Below are positions 1 through 11,553 of a stretch of DNA of 64,000 bases, piece after piece (within the stretch, counting starts at the first letter, position 1; each line of letters starts with the position of its first letter). The notes below the pieces were generated by a model. The model ran no database searches. It saw only the letters and a program-made list of their open reading frames with translations, and had not been told where the DNA came from. The DNA comes from Macrostomum lignano (taxonomy: Eukaryota): assembly GCA_002269645.1 (NCBI GenBank), contig NIVC01000599.1, positions 1 through 64,000 of the forward strand, in the 5' to 3' direction. A program made the translations under genes and the position numbers.

Positions 1-223
1 CATGTAAGTCGCTATTGCTGAGAGCAGTCACGTGACTACTATTCCGTCCAATAGCGACTTACGTGTATGTGTTGTCTAAATAGAAACGACCGAGTGAATC
101 CCAAGGTTGCGCCCAAGCCCAAGCATGTGATTAATCACCTGTTAGACATGATTTGTCCCCTGTTTCACCAAGACAGCATAATTTATCCTCCTGTCAGACA
201 AAACTAACAAACAGGCAGCTCAC

Positions 224-1225
224 CGTTTACAGATGGCCACCATATTGGGGTCGTGCAGGTAAATGCAGTTGTTGCCCGTCGCAGTGGCCGAAGCGGCAGT
301 AGAACACGCAGTAGATGCGCTTCTTACGCAGCCGAAGCTTCGCCCTGGCAACCAGAGTTCTGGTAGGAGAGATAAAGAGTTGAAAATACTAAAATAATGT
401 GCAGTTGACTCTTAGACGCTAAAACGACAGTAAGTTTCAGAACAAGTTGCCAAAAAGTCGTCAAAGAGTCGACAAACAACTCTGTTTAGCCTACTTAAGT
501 TAGTAGAAAGTTAAGCATAACGACTTTTGAGCGAGTCACGTGATGCACTCGCGACTTAAAAGACGTCTCTATATACATTCAAGCATTATGTACAGTCGTT
601 TGAGTCGTTAAAAAGCCACAAGAGTTGCCCCAGAGTCGCTAGGAGTTTCTGATGCTCACCTGGACCTTCGAATCGGATCCAGCGAGGCGGAGCCGTTGCT
701 GCTCTGCCGCTTCAGCAGCTGGCCGGCCGACCGTCGGTGAAGACTGAATTTCCCGGACGAGCCGCGGCGCAGCCTGCCGGAGGCCGCCTGACTCAACCTG
801 GCTCGATTGACCAGCTGTCGCCTTGGCTGCTGCTTTTTTTGCTGCTGCTGCTGCTGTTGCTGCAACTGCTTCTGACGCCGCTGCTGTTGCAGAAGCCGCA
901 ATTTCTGCTGCTCCTGCAAGCAGTTCTGCCTGGCCAGCAGCAGGTCCAAGTCTAAGCGAACCCGAGTGATCTTGCTGCGCAGCTGCCGCCTGTCCTCGGC
1001 TTGGTCGGCGCTGACAACTCGCTGAGGCGGCGGCGGCGGCGGCGGCGGCGGCGGGGGCGGAGCTGCTTGCTCAGAGTGGGTGGCCCGCTGCCGAGCCGAC
1101 AGCTGATCTTTCGCTGCCCGAATTTTCGCCTCCAACTGGGAGCGAAGATCCGTGATGCCGCTGAGCAGAGCTTGCTGCTGCTGTTGGTTAGCGGAGCTGC
1201 TTGAAGTTGAGCTGCTGCCTGGCAT
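224..1225 (-). CDS. ZC3H3: ZC3H3-like CCCH zinc-finger protein, first two visible exons (1225-660, 359-224); further exons lie beyond the window start; apparent frameshift in the first finger
   Basis: Donor AG|GTGAGC at 659, acceptor CTACCAG at 361-360, donor CG|GTGAG at 223. Spliced peptide ...LDPIRRSRTLVARAKLRLRKKRIYCVFYCRFGHC then (shifted frame) NCIYLHDPNMVAICKR resembles the ZC3H3 first finger as I recall it (YC..Y.RFG.C.....C.Y.HDP..VA.C.R). Exon 1 is Q/P-rich. Confidence 0.75.
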
Positions 1226-1851
1226 GCTGCAGTGTCATAGGATTTTGAGTTCACTCTATAGTGGGCACGTAAAGTGTTTATTTAAAAATCTTAATTGTAA
1301 GAAAGCTGGCAAACAATAGCATCTCTCCAAATCAGATTCTGTATTGGCTATTTCAACCCAGTTTCTTTCTAAGTCTTTATGCCATTTTAAAACCATAAGG
1401 CTAGGATAAATATCACTGGGGTTCAAATTTTAGGTTGCAAAATAAGAAATGTCAGATGTACCATAAACAAGACTTCTTTGGCTTTGTATACCAAAATAAA
1501 AGTTATAAGTCTATCAAAATTTGGTAAATGGGTCTTAAACTAGGCATAGGCATAGGCATAGGCATATAATAGAACAAGTTATTGAAACCTATGGATTTCG
1601 AAACCACTGAATTCTTATCTTGGGAAATGTTTTTGCATACATTCTTCAATATATCAACAAGTCATATTCAACTAAATCTTTTTAGGATAAAGATAAATGT
1701 GTTAAATTAAGTTTTGACTTGAAGCAAGCATTGATCTTGTTGGCTAAGGTGCTATATGGAATGATAAGCAACTCAACTTTTTTTCTTATCCTTACTTTCA
1801 ATTTTTATGTTAAATATCATCTTACTTTCTCTCTTCTTTTTCCTTTTATGT

Positions 1852-2670
1852 CAGAAAAGTTCCAGGACTGAGCCTACAGCTTGGCTTCTGGGTGCACTAT
1901 GAATTAGCGGTTTGTGGTAGGCTTTAGCAGCATATAACAGGTGCTTTGTCCTGCAATTTCAGCTAATCAACATTTTCGTGCGAACTTGTGCTAGGATTAA
2001 CGTTTGGCAAGTTCTCTAACAACCGTTGTGCCATGAGTACCAAGCAACGAATCAATCTGAAGTTCCTTGTTCGATTGGGGAAATCAGCCTCGGAAGCGCT
2101 TGAACTGCTGCAGCAAGTGTATGTGGCCAAAGCCATGTCTCGCTCCCATGTTTTTGAGTGGCTCAAGCAATTCAAAGAGGGGCGGGAGGAGGTCAAGGAC
2201 GACGCCAGGAGTGGAAGACCTTCAATGAGCAGGACGGAAGAAAATGTGGAGCGAGTGGCGATGTTGCTTTGTAGCGACCATCGGCTGACTGTTTGCTTGA
2301 TTGCAGCAAGTTGAGCTTGAATCAAGACAGCATTCATAAGATTCTGACTGAGGATCTGGGGATGCACAAGATTTGTGCCAAGATGGTTCCGAAGTTGCTG
2401 AGCGAGGACCAGAAAGAACGACGACTGCAGGTGTGCCAGGACATCCTTGAACGCATTGAAGCTGATCCAAGCTTATTGCATAGAGTGATTACTGGTGATG
2501 AGTCGTGGATTTTTGAGTACGACCCGGAGACCAAGCGGCAGAGTGGTGAATGGCGGCGACCAGGATCACCAAGACTAGTGAAGGCGCGACAATCGAGGTC
2601 AAAGGTCAAGCTCATGCTCATCACATTCTTTGATGTCAGAGGCATTGTGCACATGGAGTTCCTGCCAAAG
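1852..2670 (+). mobile_element. Mariner-family DNA transposon, 3'-truncated, one frameshift near 2300
   Basis: TIR-like CAGAAAAGTTCCAGGACT at ~1852. ORF from ATG 2034 (QRINLKFLVRLGKSASE...VFEWLKQFKEGREEVKDDARSGRP, HTH) continues in a second frame with KMVPKLL, ITGDESWIFEYDPETKRQS and KLMLITFFDVRGIVHMEFLP. Breaks off into a T-rich tract before the second catalytic D. Confidence 0.88.
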
Positions 2671-4359
2671 GTCACACCATCAATCAGCTCTGCTCATTTA
2701 TTTTTTCTTTACTTTTTTTCTTTTTCTTTTATTCTTTTTTCTCTGCTCTGTTTTGATCTTATTTCTCCTTATTTCTTTCTCCTCTTCTTTCTTTTCTCCT
2801 CTCTTTCCCCCTCTCATTAATAAACTAATTTGTATTAATAACAGTTCTAAATTAGATTAGGCCTACTACCCAGTGTTTATTATTAGTCCAATAAAGATAA
2901 TAATATAAAACTTAGCTAGCTTAGGCCATAGGGTAGGCCTTTATATAGCTATACTATTATTGATAGTATTAGTAGGCCCTAAGGTGGTTAAAGTCTAGTC
3001 TAGACTAAATAATTATATACTAAAATGAATATAACTAATTATTCTATTCAAATGTGAAATTATATTCTTTTTTCTAAGAAAGATATATCAAGTGTGATAT
3101 TTTTGAGAGATGTCAACTAAAAATTACCAATATAAAAGAAAAACAATATTATATAATATCTTATACTTATACATAGACTAATACTGGCAAATTGGCAATC
3201 AATATGATTATAGGCTAGGTAGGCTAGGCTAGGCCTAGGCACTGGATTAGGCCTAGGCTAGGGAATAGGCCTGGTATAATTTTTATGAATTTAATGGCAA
3301 CTGCACATAATTGGTCTAAGGCTAGGCCTAGCAAATGTCTAGATATTTTTATTTTATTTTGGTTGTAAATTGCATTCATTTTGTCGTTCGTGACTGATAA
3401 TAAATCGACACTCGTATGCTATAAAGAATTTTATAAACGCGCTCATGAATGAAAATTGAACACATATAAAGCATTTAAAAATAAAAAAATTCACTTTAAA
3501 TGCCGGCTGTGTTTTGAACTTCATTAAGGGAATAATCCAATATATATATTGTATTAATATTAGTATTTAATTTTTTGAGTCAAGGACTATTATGCTTAAC
3601 ATGACTGAAATAATCTGCTTACTTTATTATAATTGATGTAGTTCTAAGAAAGTAAGGTATTTAAAAATCATGATAATAAAACCCAGAAAACCACATGTTT
3701 ATGCTGTTGTCTTCTTTATTATAAAGAAAAGACTTTATTAGATGAATATGGCTAGAAAATCGAACAGGAAATTCCGTACTGAAACTTTTTACACCTGCAG
3801 TGGCTTCAATTGTATAGGTACATGCGCGGTCGTATGTACGCTTGAGTGCAGGCGCTTCGCAAGGGGGGGGACAGGAAGGACATGCCCCCCCCAGTAAAAG
3901 CTATGGGCCGGGGAGACATGCCAATGCTTTGCACCCCATCTTGTGTAACCCGTAGTGGTAATCAATAATTTTTCTTCAGGGCGCCAAAATGTAGCACGTT
4001 CGGCGCCAAAATAAGTGCCTGCGGCGCTAAAATGAGTACCTGCGGCGACAAAATGAGCGCTGACAAAACGATTCACAAGATAATAGAAATGTAGTAGGAA
4101 TTTAATTATTCATGTGCAATGCATGTACATGTACATGTTGAATTCTTGGCTTTGTCCCCACACCATAGTAGCCATGGCGACGCCCCTGCTTAAGTGCACG
4201 TCATGCATACATGTACATGTACATGTAGTTTGTACATCAAAGTTGTCCATTATAATTTTTTCGACTGCTTCGTTAGTATACACGATCGTTTGTGTTAGAC
4301 TCTTATATATAACTTTCATATAAGTAATCTAATCCAGATTTTTTCTAAATTCTTTCAAT

Positions 4360-5181
4360 TCACAGTTGGCAACAAATTACGCAGCCCCGCGTGCAGGTCA
4401 CAGTTAGAGCAGGGTGCGTCAGATGGCGCGCCGCAGAGCCTGAGAGCGGACGAAGTCCGCCCCGTTGGCAGTGTCGGGCGCCCCGGCGTCGCGTAGGAGA
4501 CAGTCCACGTACATGTATCGATGGGTCTGACCCCGCCTGAACGGGCCCTTGCAAGGTGAGCAGGACGTATTGAACAGGTTGGAGGCAGTAGCCCTCGGCC
4601 CGGATCGCGTGGCCCGCCAGTTGAAGTCGCCGTCGGCGCAGGATGATGGACGGGCGCTGCAGCTTGGCCCGATCGTACATGTACAGGGCCTCGGTCCCGA
4701 CGCTCTCGTCAGCTCGAAAGGCCGCATGGAGGAGCCCTGAGTGCGCCGAGTCCAGCTGCCGCTCTAGCGTAGCTGTTAGCGTCCATGTCTCAGCGTTGTA
4801 GAGCAGTAAGGGTTTCGACCAACGCCTGCCACAGCCGAGCCCTCTGGCGGTCCGGGCAGCGCTTCGGACTGTACAACGGCCCAGATCGAACGGAAGGCCT
4901 CCCGAACAAGTCCTCTGCGCCGCCGGAGCAGATCTTCCTCCACGTGAGGCACCAAACCTCCGAGGTAGGTGAACTGCTGGCAGCGTGCGAGCCTGGTCGT
5001 CTACCCGTCTGCGCCGCGGCAAGTCAGGTCCGCTGGGATGTCGGCCGGCACAGTCAGCACCTCGGTCTTCAGCGTTGTGACAACCAGACCGACGCTCGAT
5101 GCCACCTCGACCAGCCTGTCGATCTGGCGCTGGGCGCCTTCAACGGACGAGGACAGGGGGGCGAGGTCGTCAGCGTAGCCA
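4360..5181 (-). mobile_element. RTE-clade non-LTR retrotransposon, 3' part (YADD to C-terminus), frameshifted
   Basis: GYADDLAPLSSSVEGAQRQIDRLVEVASSVGL; LLYNAETWTLTATLERQLDSAHSGLL; RRRRLQLAGHAIR are typical of the RT thumb/C-terminus of RTE-like elements. Confidence 0.8.
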
Positions 5182-5608
5182 CCCCAGATGCCCGTATTGC
5201 GCAGGAATTGCGACTGATTGCAATCTGCTTGCAATTATTGACTTAATTACAAGCCACTTACTGCCTATTGTGAATATTGCAAGTCACTTGCGCAAGCTAA
5301 TTGCAAGCTTTATAATTATAAATTTAATGTAAATTTACTTAGAAAATTTTAACTCACTTATTCGGCCTTCTTTATAAATAAATGTGTTGTTTAGATGCAC
5401 ATTATATTGTAAAAAAATCATGACTGTGCTAAAATCATTCTAATATCTTGTTAAAGTAACTTTTCAAAATAATATTCGATAATTGCAATTCAATTGTAAG
5501 CCAATTACAAAAATTGCAATTCACTTGCAAGCAATTGTCAATACATGCGCAAGATCTGCACGCCACTTGCAATCAAGTCCCAATTATCGCAATTTCGGTC
5601 GCCTTGGG
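5182..5608. mobile_element. 427-bp non-autonomous insertion with CCC...GGG ends and 2-bp TSD (CMC/EnSpm-like)
   Basis: Flanked by CA (5180-81) and CA (5609-10). Removing it restores CTT GGC TAC GCT GAC GAC (L-G-Y-A-D-D) of the RT. Subterminal GCAATT/ATTGC motifs occur at both ends. Confidence 0.65.
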
Positions 5609-6500
5609 CAAGCACGCTTAGGCGCTTTTCGCCGTGGCGGCGACCGATGCGTCTGCGCAGCAGGAAGCCGTCGTCAGCCGAGGGGAGTGCGGTCCGAAGC
5701 ACCCAGTCCAGCAGCAGCACGAAGAGGAACGGCGCCAGCGTATCGCCCTGAAAAACTCCTGATGAAGTGTCGAACAGGTCAGACAGGCCGTCCGCCGTCA
5801 CCACAGCAGCTCGAGTGTTGCAATACAGCGCCATGACAGCGTCGATTAGCTGCTGGGGCACCCGGTAGGCTCGAAGAACAAATGGAAGCGCGGCTCTCAA
5901 CACCGAGTCAAACGCCTTTCGCAAGTCAACGAAGACAATGATCAGCGTAGACTGGCGGATGCGCGCCTCCTCGATGACACGGCGGAGTGCGAGGATCTGT
6001 GTCACTGTACCGCGTTGCGGCCGGAATCCGTTCTGCTCGTACCGCAGGTACGGGTCCAGCACCGACTGCAGACGATCGAGCAGCAGCCGGTTGAAGAGCT
6101 TCGCAGTGCAGGACATCAGTGAGATCCCGTGGTGGTCTTCTTTCCGCGTTGTCCCTGCCTTCTTCGGGATGGGAACAATGTGCACGACGGTCCACTCGGT
6201 GGGCACGGGGGCGCCGGCGAGCACGCGGTTCATGACGCCTGTGACCTGGGAGGCCACACCGCGCAGCCGCAGCGCTTCGACCGGAACTTCGTCGGGGCCG
6301 AGTGCCTTGCCGCCTGATGTTTTACGAGCGAACAGCACAACGTCCTCCGTGGTGACTGGGCTGGTGCAGAAGTCCTCCTCAGCTGGGAGCGGCGTGTCCA
6401 GTGGGAGCGCAAAGCTGGCGGGCAGCGGCGACGCGGGCGCGTTCACGATGCCGGCGAAGAATTGTCGCGCAATTCATTTCCTGCGTTTCTCCGGGGTGTC
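5609..6500 (-). mobile_element. RTE-clade retrotransposon RT domain, 5'-truncated (same copy as 4360-5181)
   Basis: KALGPDEVPVE, IVPIPKK, HGISLMSCTAKLFNRLLLDRL, EQNGFRPQRGT, VFVDLRKAFDSV, GVFQGDTLAPFLF. Confidence 0.88.
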
Positions 6501-8554
6501 GCCGGCACCCGGCAAATTGATATTGTCTACATTTGATATATTACTTGCGTACGGGACCCTACATGTGTACACACATGCATGTAACATATGTATTTAGCCA
6601 TACCACTTCCGACTGTCGATGCAAGATCGGTAGCAAGACCGTCATCTCAGATACTTTAAAAAATTACAGAACACTGACTTTTTCTGCTGTAGTTAGGCCG
6701 ACAACATGCAGTGTGCAGTGTTTTAGTTGTCCCTGATCGCATCAATGTATATAGAAAGGTACAAGTGTACATTAGGATGCCCCATGCATACTACTATTCA
6801 GACTCATCTCACCTGCCAAGCGACTCTAATGCAGCGACATTGCTACTATAATAGCAGCGCCAGTGCACGCATCCGAAGCATCAGCGAATGCCTTGCTTTG
6901 CTTGCAATTGTACAGCCCAAACCGGCAGCGAGCATGGGGGTAGGCAGAGGCGCTACACAAAACAAGGGTACCATAATAGCCTACCATGAATGACTGACGG
7001 TGAGATAAAAATGGTTGACAACATTGTTAAAAACTATGCAGTCTTTGCAAAATAAGCGCGCATATTCGCGAGGGACCTTGCATGAAGTTCGGCTTCATAT
7101 AGGCTGTAGCTATGTGCTGGGCGAGCGGCCCGAGAGCGAAGCGAGGTCTGTATTTTTCTGTCTATGCGAGAGCACAGAACCATCCAAGAGGTGACACAGT
7201 GTACCAGAGTGGAGAAAAAGCTGCGTTTTTCAACTTGAAACTGGGAAAAGAACGGTACAAGATATTGAGATGAGGAATACCGTCATTTGACTGCCAGTGA
7301 CATTTTAGTTTTAGCAGAGTACATTGTACATGTACATGTATAGGGGTTTGTGCCGTCGTCTTAATAGGGGTTTGTGCCCCCTTAATTTCTGGATCCGCCC
7401 ACAGGGGGTCTTCAAATCTCACCTGCATACAAACAAATATGGTTCTTAAATCCCGCCTGAGGCACTAAATAGCACTGGAATATCCACTGTGGCGATAATG
7501 CTATGGTGCTATTTAAGCTTGCCTGGGACGCTATAGAGTCAATTAACTGATAAAATGATCAGTGATGAAGCAATAAAACAGTTGACCTCGCAAGAGAAAT
7601 CCAAGCCTGATCCGTACCAGTGACCCAGCAGCCTATGGGGGCTGAACGCAGATTTTTAAGCTCAAGCGATTTCTCCAAAAACTTTGATCCAAATAATCTT
7701 AATTCGTAATACCGTACCCGTACGTCCAAGTGACCTAAGCCCACTTGTTCATACTCTACAACAGTCCGATCGGTCACTAAGCTTTCAATCTCAACTATTT
7801 ACTTTTAAATACACATTTTTTCAGTTTAAATGCAAAACGATTCAAAGGGCGTGCTTCATATTGTTGGACAGAAATCTTAAATTTACTCCAAAGCAGGCGC
7901 CCGCATCCAGCCGCGGTGTTTCCAGGGCGCGGCTTGCCTCGGGCCACTCCCTTCGGCAAAAGAAAGCAACCGCGTGCGAACTTGCAACCAGAATGGGCCA
8001 GACTTATCTAGACTATCTAGCCGCATCTGCGCCTCTCCCCTCTCCACTCGACCCGAGCAGATGCACCTTTTCCATACTGACGGGCGCGCAGACCAGTCGG
8101 CTTGGCTCGAGGAGCGGCCTCTACCATTGTGCCGAACACAATACCCCCCGCAATGGGGCTGGCCCGAGATGGAATTCTCCGTTGAATAATGCAGCTGTCC
8201 AGCCTCCGCCGCGCTTTTGTCGGATAAGATTAGGTCAGTCATGCAGCGAAAGGCTCGCCCAAATCTTTTGTCATATTTTATTTCTATTGCTTCTTTCATG
8301 CGAGTTTTTGCTCGCATTTCTCTACCCAGCAGCGTTTTATTATGCAGGCACCCGATCGGCGGCAACAGTTGCGGCCGAGATAGAGATGCGCTGTCGCGCT
8401 CGCACGAGAACAGAAATTGACAATCCCCCAGCCAATCCAGCTGGATCCAGCGGCTCTTAGCTTCATCAAGATAAAAATGCCCCGGGCACTGCCCAAGAAG
8501 ACACCTCACCGCTCTTGCACTACCCGATTCTGTCACTTCGCTCTTGAGCTCAAA

Positions 8555-9141
8555 ATGGAGGCATTCAAGGAAGCCTGGGTTGACATCGACTCCGAGCAGC
8601 GCGGCAAAATCGAGACCAGCGAGTTCGTGCGCTATCTGCAGACCAAGGGCCACGATGACGTCTTCATCGACAAGTGGCGCCAAGTGTTCGACGCCGATGA
8701 CGCTGGAGAGATCACCTTGGAGACCTACTGCGACGTGCTTGACATCCGGCCGGAAGAGCTGCAGAGCGCCAAATCGTTGTTGAACGACGTGAAATACGTG
8801 AGCGGCGACATGCCCATGGATTGGCAGGAGAAGGTTGTCAAGGTCACCAAGGATGTGCTGGCTATGCCGAATCTCAAGCTGAGCGTAAGTTTGCAAGCAG
8901 TTTAGGTCCCCATGCAGACACACCTCAGAACCCAACCATTGCAACGCGTCGATCCGCTGCAAAATTTCAGGACCTGTCCAAGCAAATCAAGATCGCCCTC
9001 GACAGAGCGTACGGAAACCTGTGGCACGTGATGGTGGCCTACGGCCAGTTCTCCTGCTACTTCGGCTTCCAGCCGGGCTTCTCCTACATCTTCAAGATCG
9101 GCAAGCAGGTCTTCATCGTGTTCAAGACGCCCCAGACCTAA
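8555..9141 (+). CDS. EF-hand + dynein-light-chain domain protein (tegumental allergen-like/TAL family); exons 8555-8884, 8971-9141; 166 aa
   Basis: AAAATGG start; EF-hand-like loops DIDSEQRGKIETSE and DADDAGEITLET; GT 8885/AG 8970 phase-0 intron; DLC-like C-terminus IKIALDRAYGNLWHVMVAYGQF...FKIGKQVFIVFKTP. Confidence 0.9.
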
Positions 9142-10834
9142 ATGCGGCAGAATTTGCGGACGAACAACACCTTAGAGAAGGGGGGCTGACTGAGTTCGAA
9201 TTTGGGAGAACTTTTTCGCACGGGCTTTTCCACTTCCGCTTTTTACTTACCCCTAGGAAAATTCCTACTTTAATCTCATTTCATTTAAAAATTAACTTCA
9301 GTTACTAGATTTTTTACTCGAATTCAGACAATTATCGAACTATTTCAACAGCAGCCATTAATTCAGTATTGTGATTAAATATATATCAAAGGGGGCATTG
9401 TCAGAATTTGCCAATTAAGTAAATGGTGGCTGTTGTGAGGCGTCATTTTTGGTTATTCAACTAATTTGCACGTACACTTATAGCTTTACTATTTTGAGTA
9501 TGCTAATTCTCTATAAATACTAAATAAAATCTAGTACTAAATAATCATAAAATAGACTTTTCCATTTTGTTTCTTTCTTTTCGAAAAAACTCCAAGAAAA
9601 TTCGACGAAAAGTTTTTAAAGTTCTTGACAGAAAATTCTAAAACCTGGAAAAATATGCTTCCGAGCTGAGCCCCGTACCGTGCGATGCCTCAAAGCTCGG
9701 ACCATAGCATAGCTTGAGGTTACTTGCCTATACATAAGCAGATGATGGGGTGTTTTCCATACAACCCCAGCATCAACCCAGCCCCATCTCTCCTCAGACT
9801 AGCGCAGGTCTCACAAAAAACGTGAGCAGGCATGCCGAGTATTAGTTAGCTATTTTCTTCGCAAGAGCTCAGCAACAATAGGCATGGCGTGAAGAACAGA
9901 CTGAGATGAATCTGTGCCTCTGGGGTTGGACGACAGTGTGTGGGTGCGTGCGCGGGTATTCGCACTGTTTTCTTATCAAAAAAGTTTTTAAGCTATCGTC
10001 TGAACCGATTAAACCCGACTGGAGTTCGGACGGCAAATTGTATTAAGCACAAATGTTGTATTTATGTGGCTAGTGCAGACTAATTTGTTGAAATTTAAGT
10101 GGGGTGAGCTGGAGCAGTATAACTGGTACGTGCATCTTACTCCTTTCCTACTCAACAAAGTTGCAACTATTGAGTTCAGTGCGAGGAAGTGACCAAGACT
10201 GTGAACGGGCAAGGTACAAACTATACCTCTGACTGGCAAACGTCGTACCAAAAAATGAGAGTGGAAAATGGGGCAGTTTCTACTGCAAATTAAATGCTGC
10301 TTCACCTCTTGCTCAGGTTGCACCTTATGGTTCAAGTCTGGGATATTAGTTTTATGTGAGGAAAATTGGTGGCATTTTGCTTATCAGATGTGAAATTTGA
10401 CCAACTCTGTTCACATCGGCTAGTTCACATTGGATATGCTAGCATCGCTAGCATCAGCTGGGGTCTCATGAGCTTAGCATACAAGATAGACTTTTCGAGC
10501 GAGTAAAGGAACTCACATTTAAATTTTTCAATGATTTGAAATTTCGAGCCTGTGAAGTTGTACTTGTAAGAAAAAATTCAGTCAGGGTTACATTAATTTG
10601 AAGATCAGGACTTCGGCCAGATAAACTGGATTCGCCTCCTACTCCAGCTGTCCATGACTTCACATTTATGTAATTCCATGCAAATTTACGAGTATTTATG
10701 CACCGTTTAGTACTTGCAGTAGCTGAAAACAAGCAGAAAATATAAAGAAAAAAAACTCCTCATTAAGAGAGTACGAGCTAGAAGTATAAAGCAATAATGA
10801 GTGATTGATGACCTGTTTGGCATCCAGATGTGCT

Positions 10835-11070
10835 TACCTTACCCATCTACCTACCTACCTATCTACCTACCTATCTATCTACCTACCTACCTACCTACCT
10901 ACCTACCTACCTATCAACCTATCAACCTATCAACCTATCTACCTATCAACCTATCAACCTATCAGCCTATCTACCTATCTACCTATCAACATATCTACCT
11001 ATCAACCTATCTACCTATCTACCTATCAACCTATCAACCTATCTACCTATCTACCTATTCACCTATCAAT
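10835..11070. repeat. ACCT/ATCT/ATCA tetranucleotide-based microsatellite
   Basis: Runs of CTACCTAC, CTATCTAC and CTATCAAC. Confidence 0.9.
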
Positions 11071-11553
11071 ACCTCTACAAAGATTTAGTTTCATAAAGGA
11101 TAAAAAGGACAAATGACTAATGAATGTTGACTGAAAAAACACTAAATAGCAGATGTTTCAGTGTGACTAATTGAAATTAAAATGACACTAATTTAGATAC
11201 TTTTATTCGAAATCATATAAACTTTGATGCACCTTAACAGCTACAGTTCAGTTTGAATTAGCCTGACTTGCTTTCCAGTTGTTTTTCTTTAGTTCTGCAC
11301 CGTCAGGGTAGACTTTGTACCGACTTTTATCAAAAGCACGAACTGGTCTGCATGCCCAGGCCTTCTGTTGACGTACGTTTTAGTACACTCTCCAGATAAC
11401 AACCTGTACAGCCTCTCTCATTCCTGTGTGCAAGCCGGGAACGGAGTGGGGTACCGAGATTCTATAGCTTTGTATCAACATATGTACATTGTTTCCTGCA
11501 TGGACCCTTTGCCTTAAGACAAAACTACAAGGAGTTCAAGAGAGACACTTTTC

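Noticed and set aside
7412-7528. Short imperfect CCC...GGG hairpin
   Set aside because: The arms match only over TAAATAGCAC and no TSD is visible.
7684-8962. 258-aa (+) and 359-aa (-) ORFs around the TAL gene
   Set aside because: No recognisable motifs; the minus ORF is the shadow of GC-rich TAL coding sequence.
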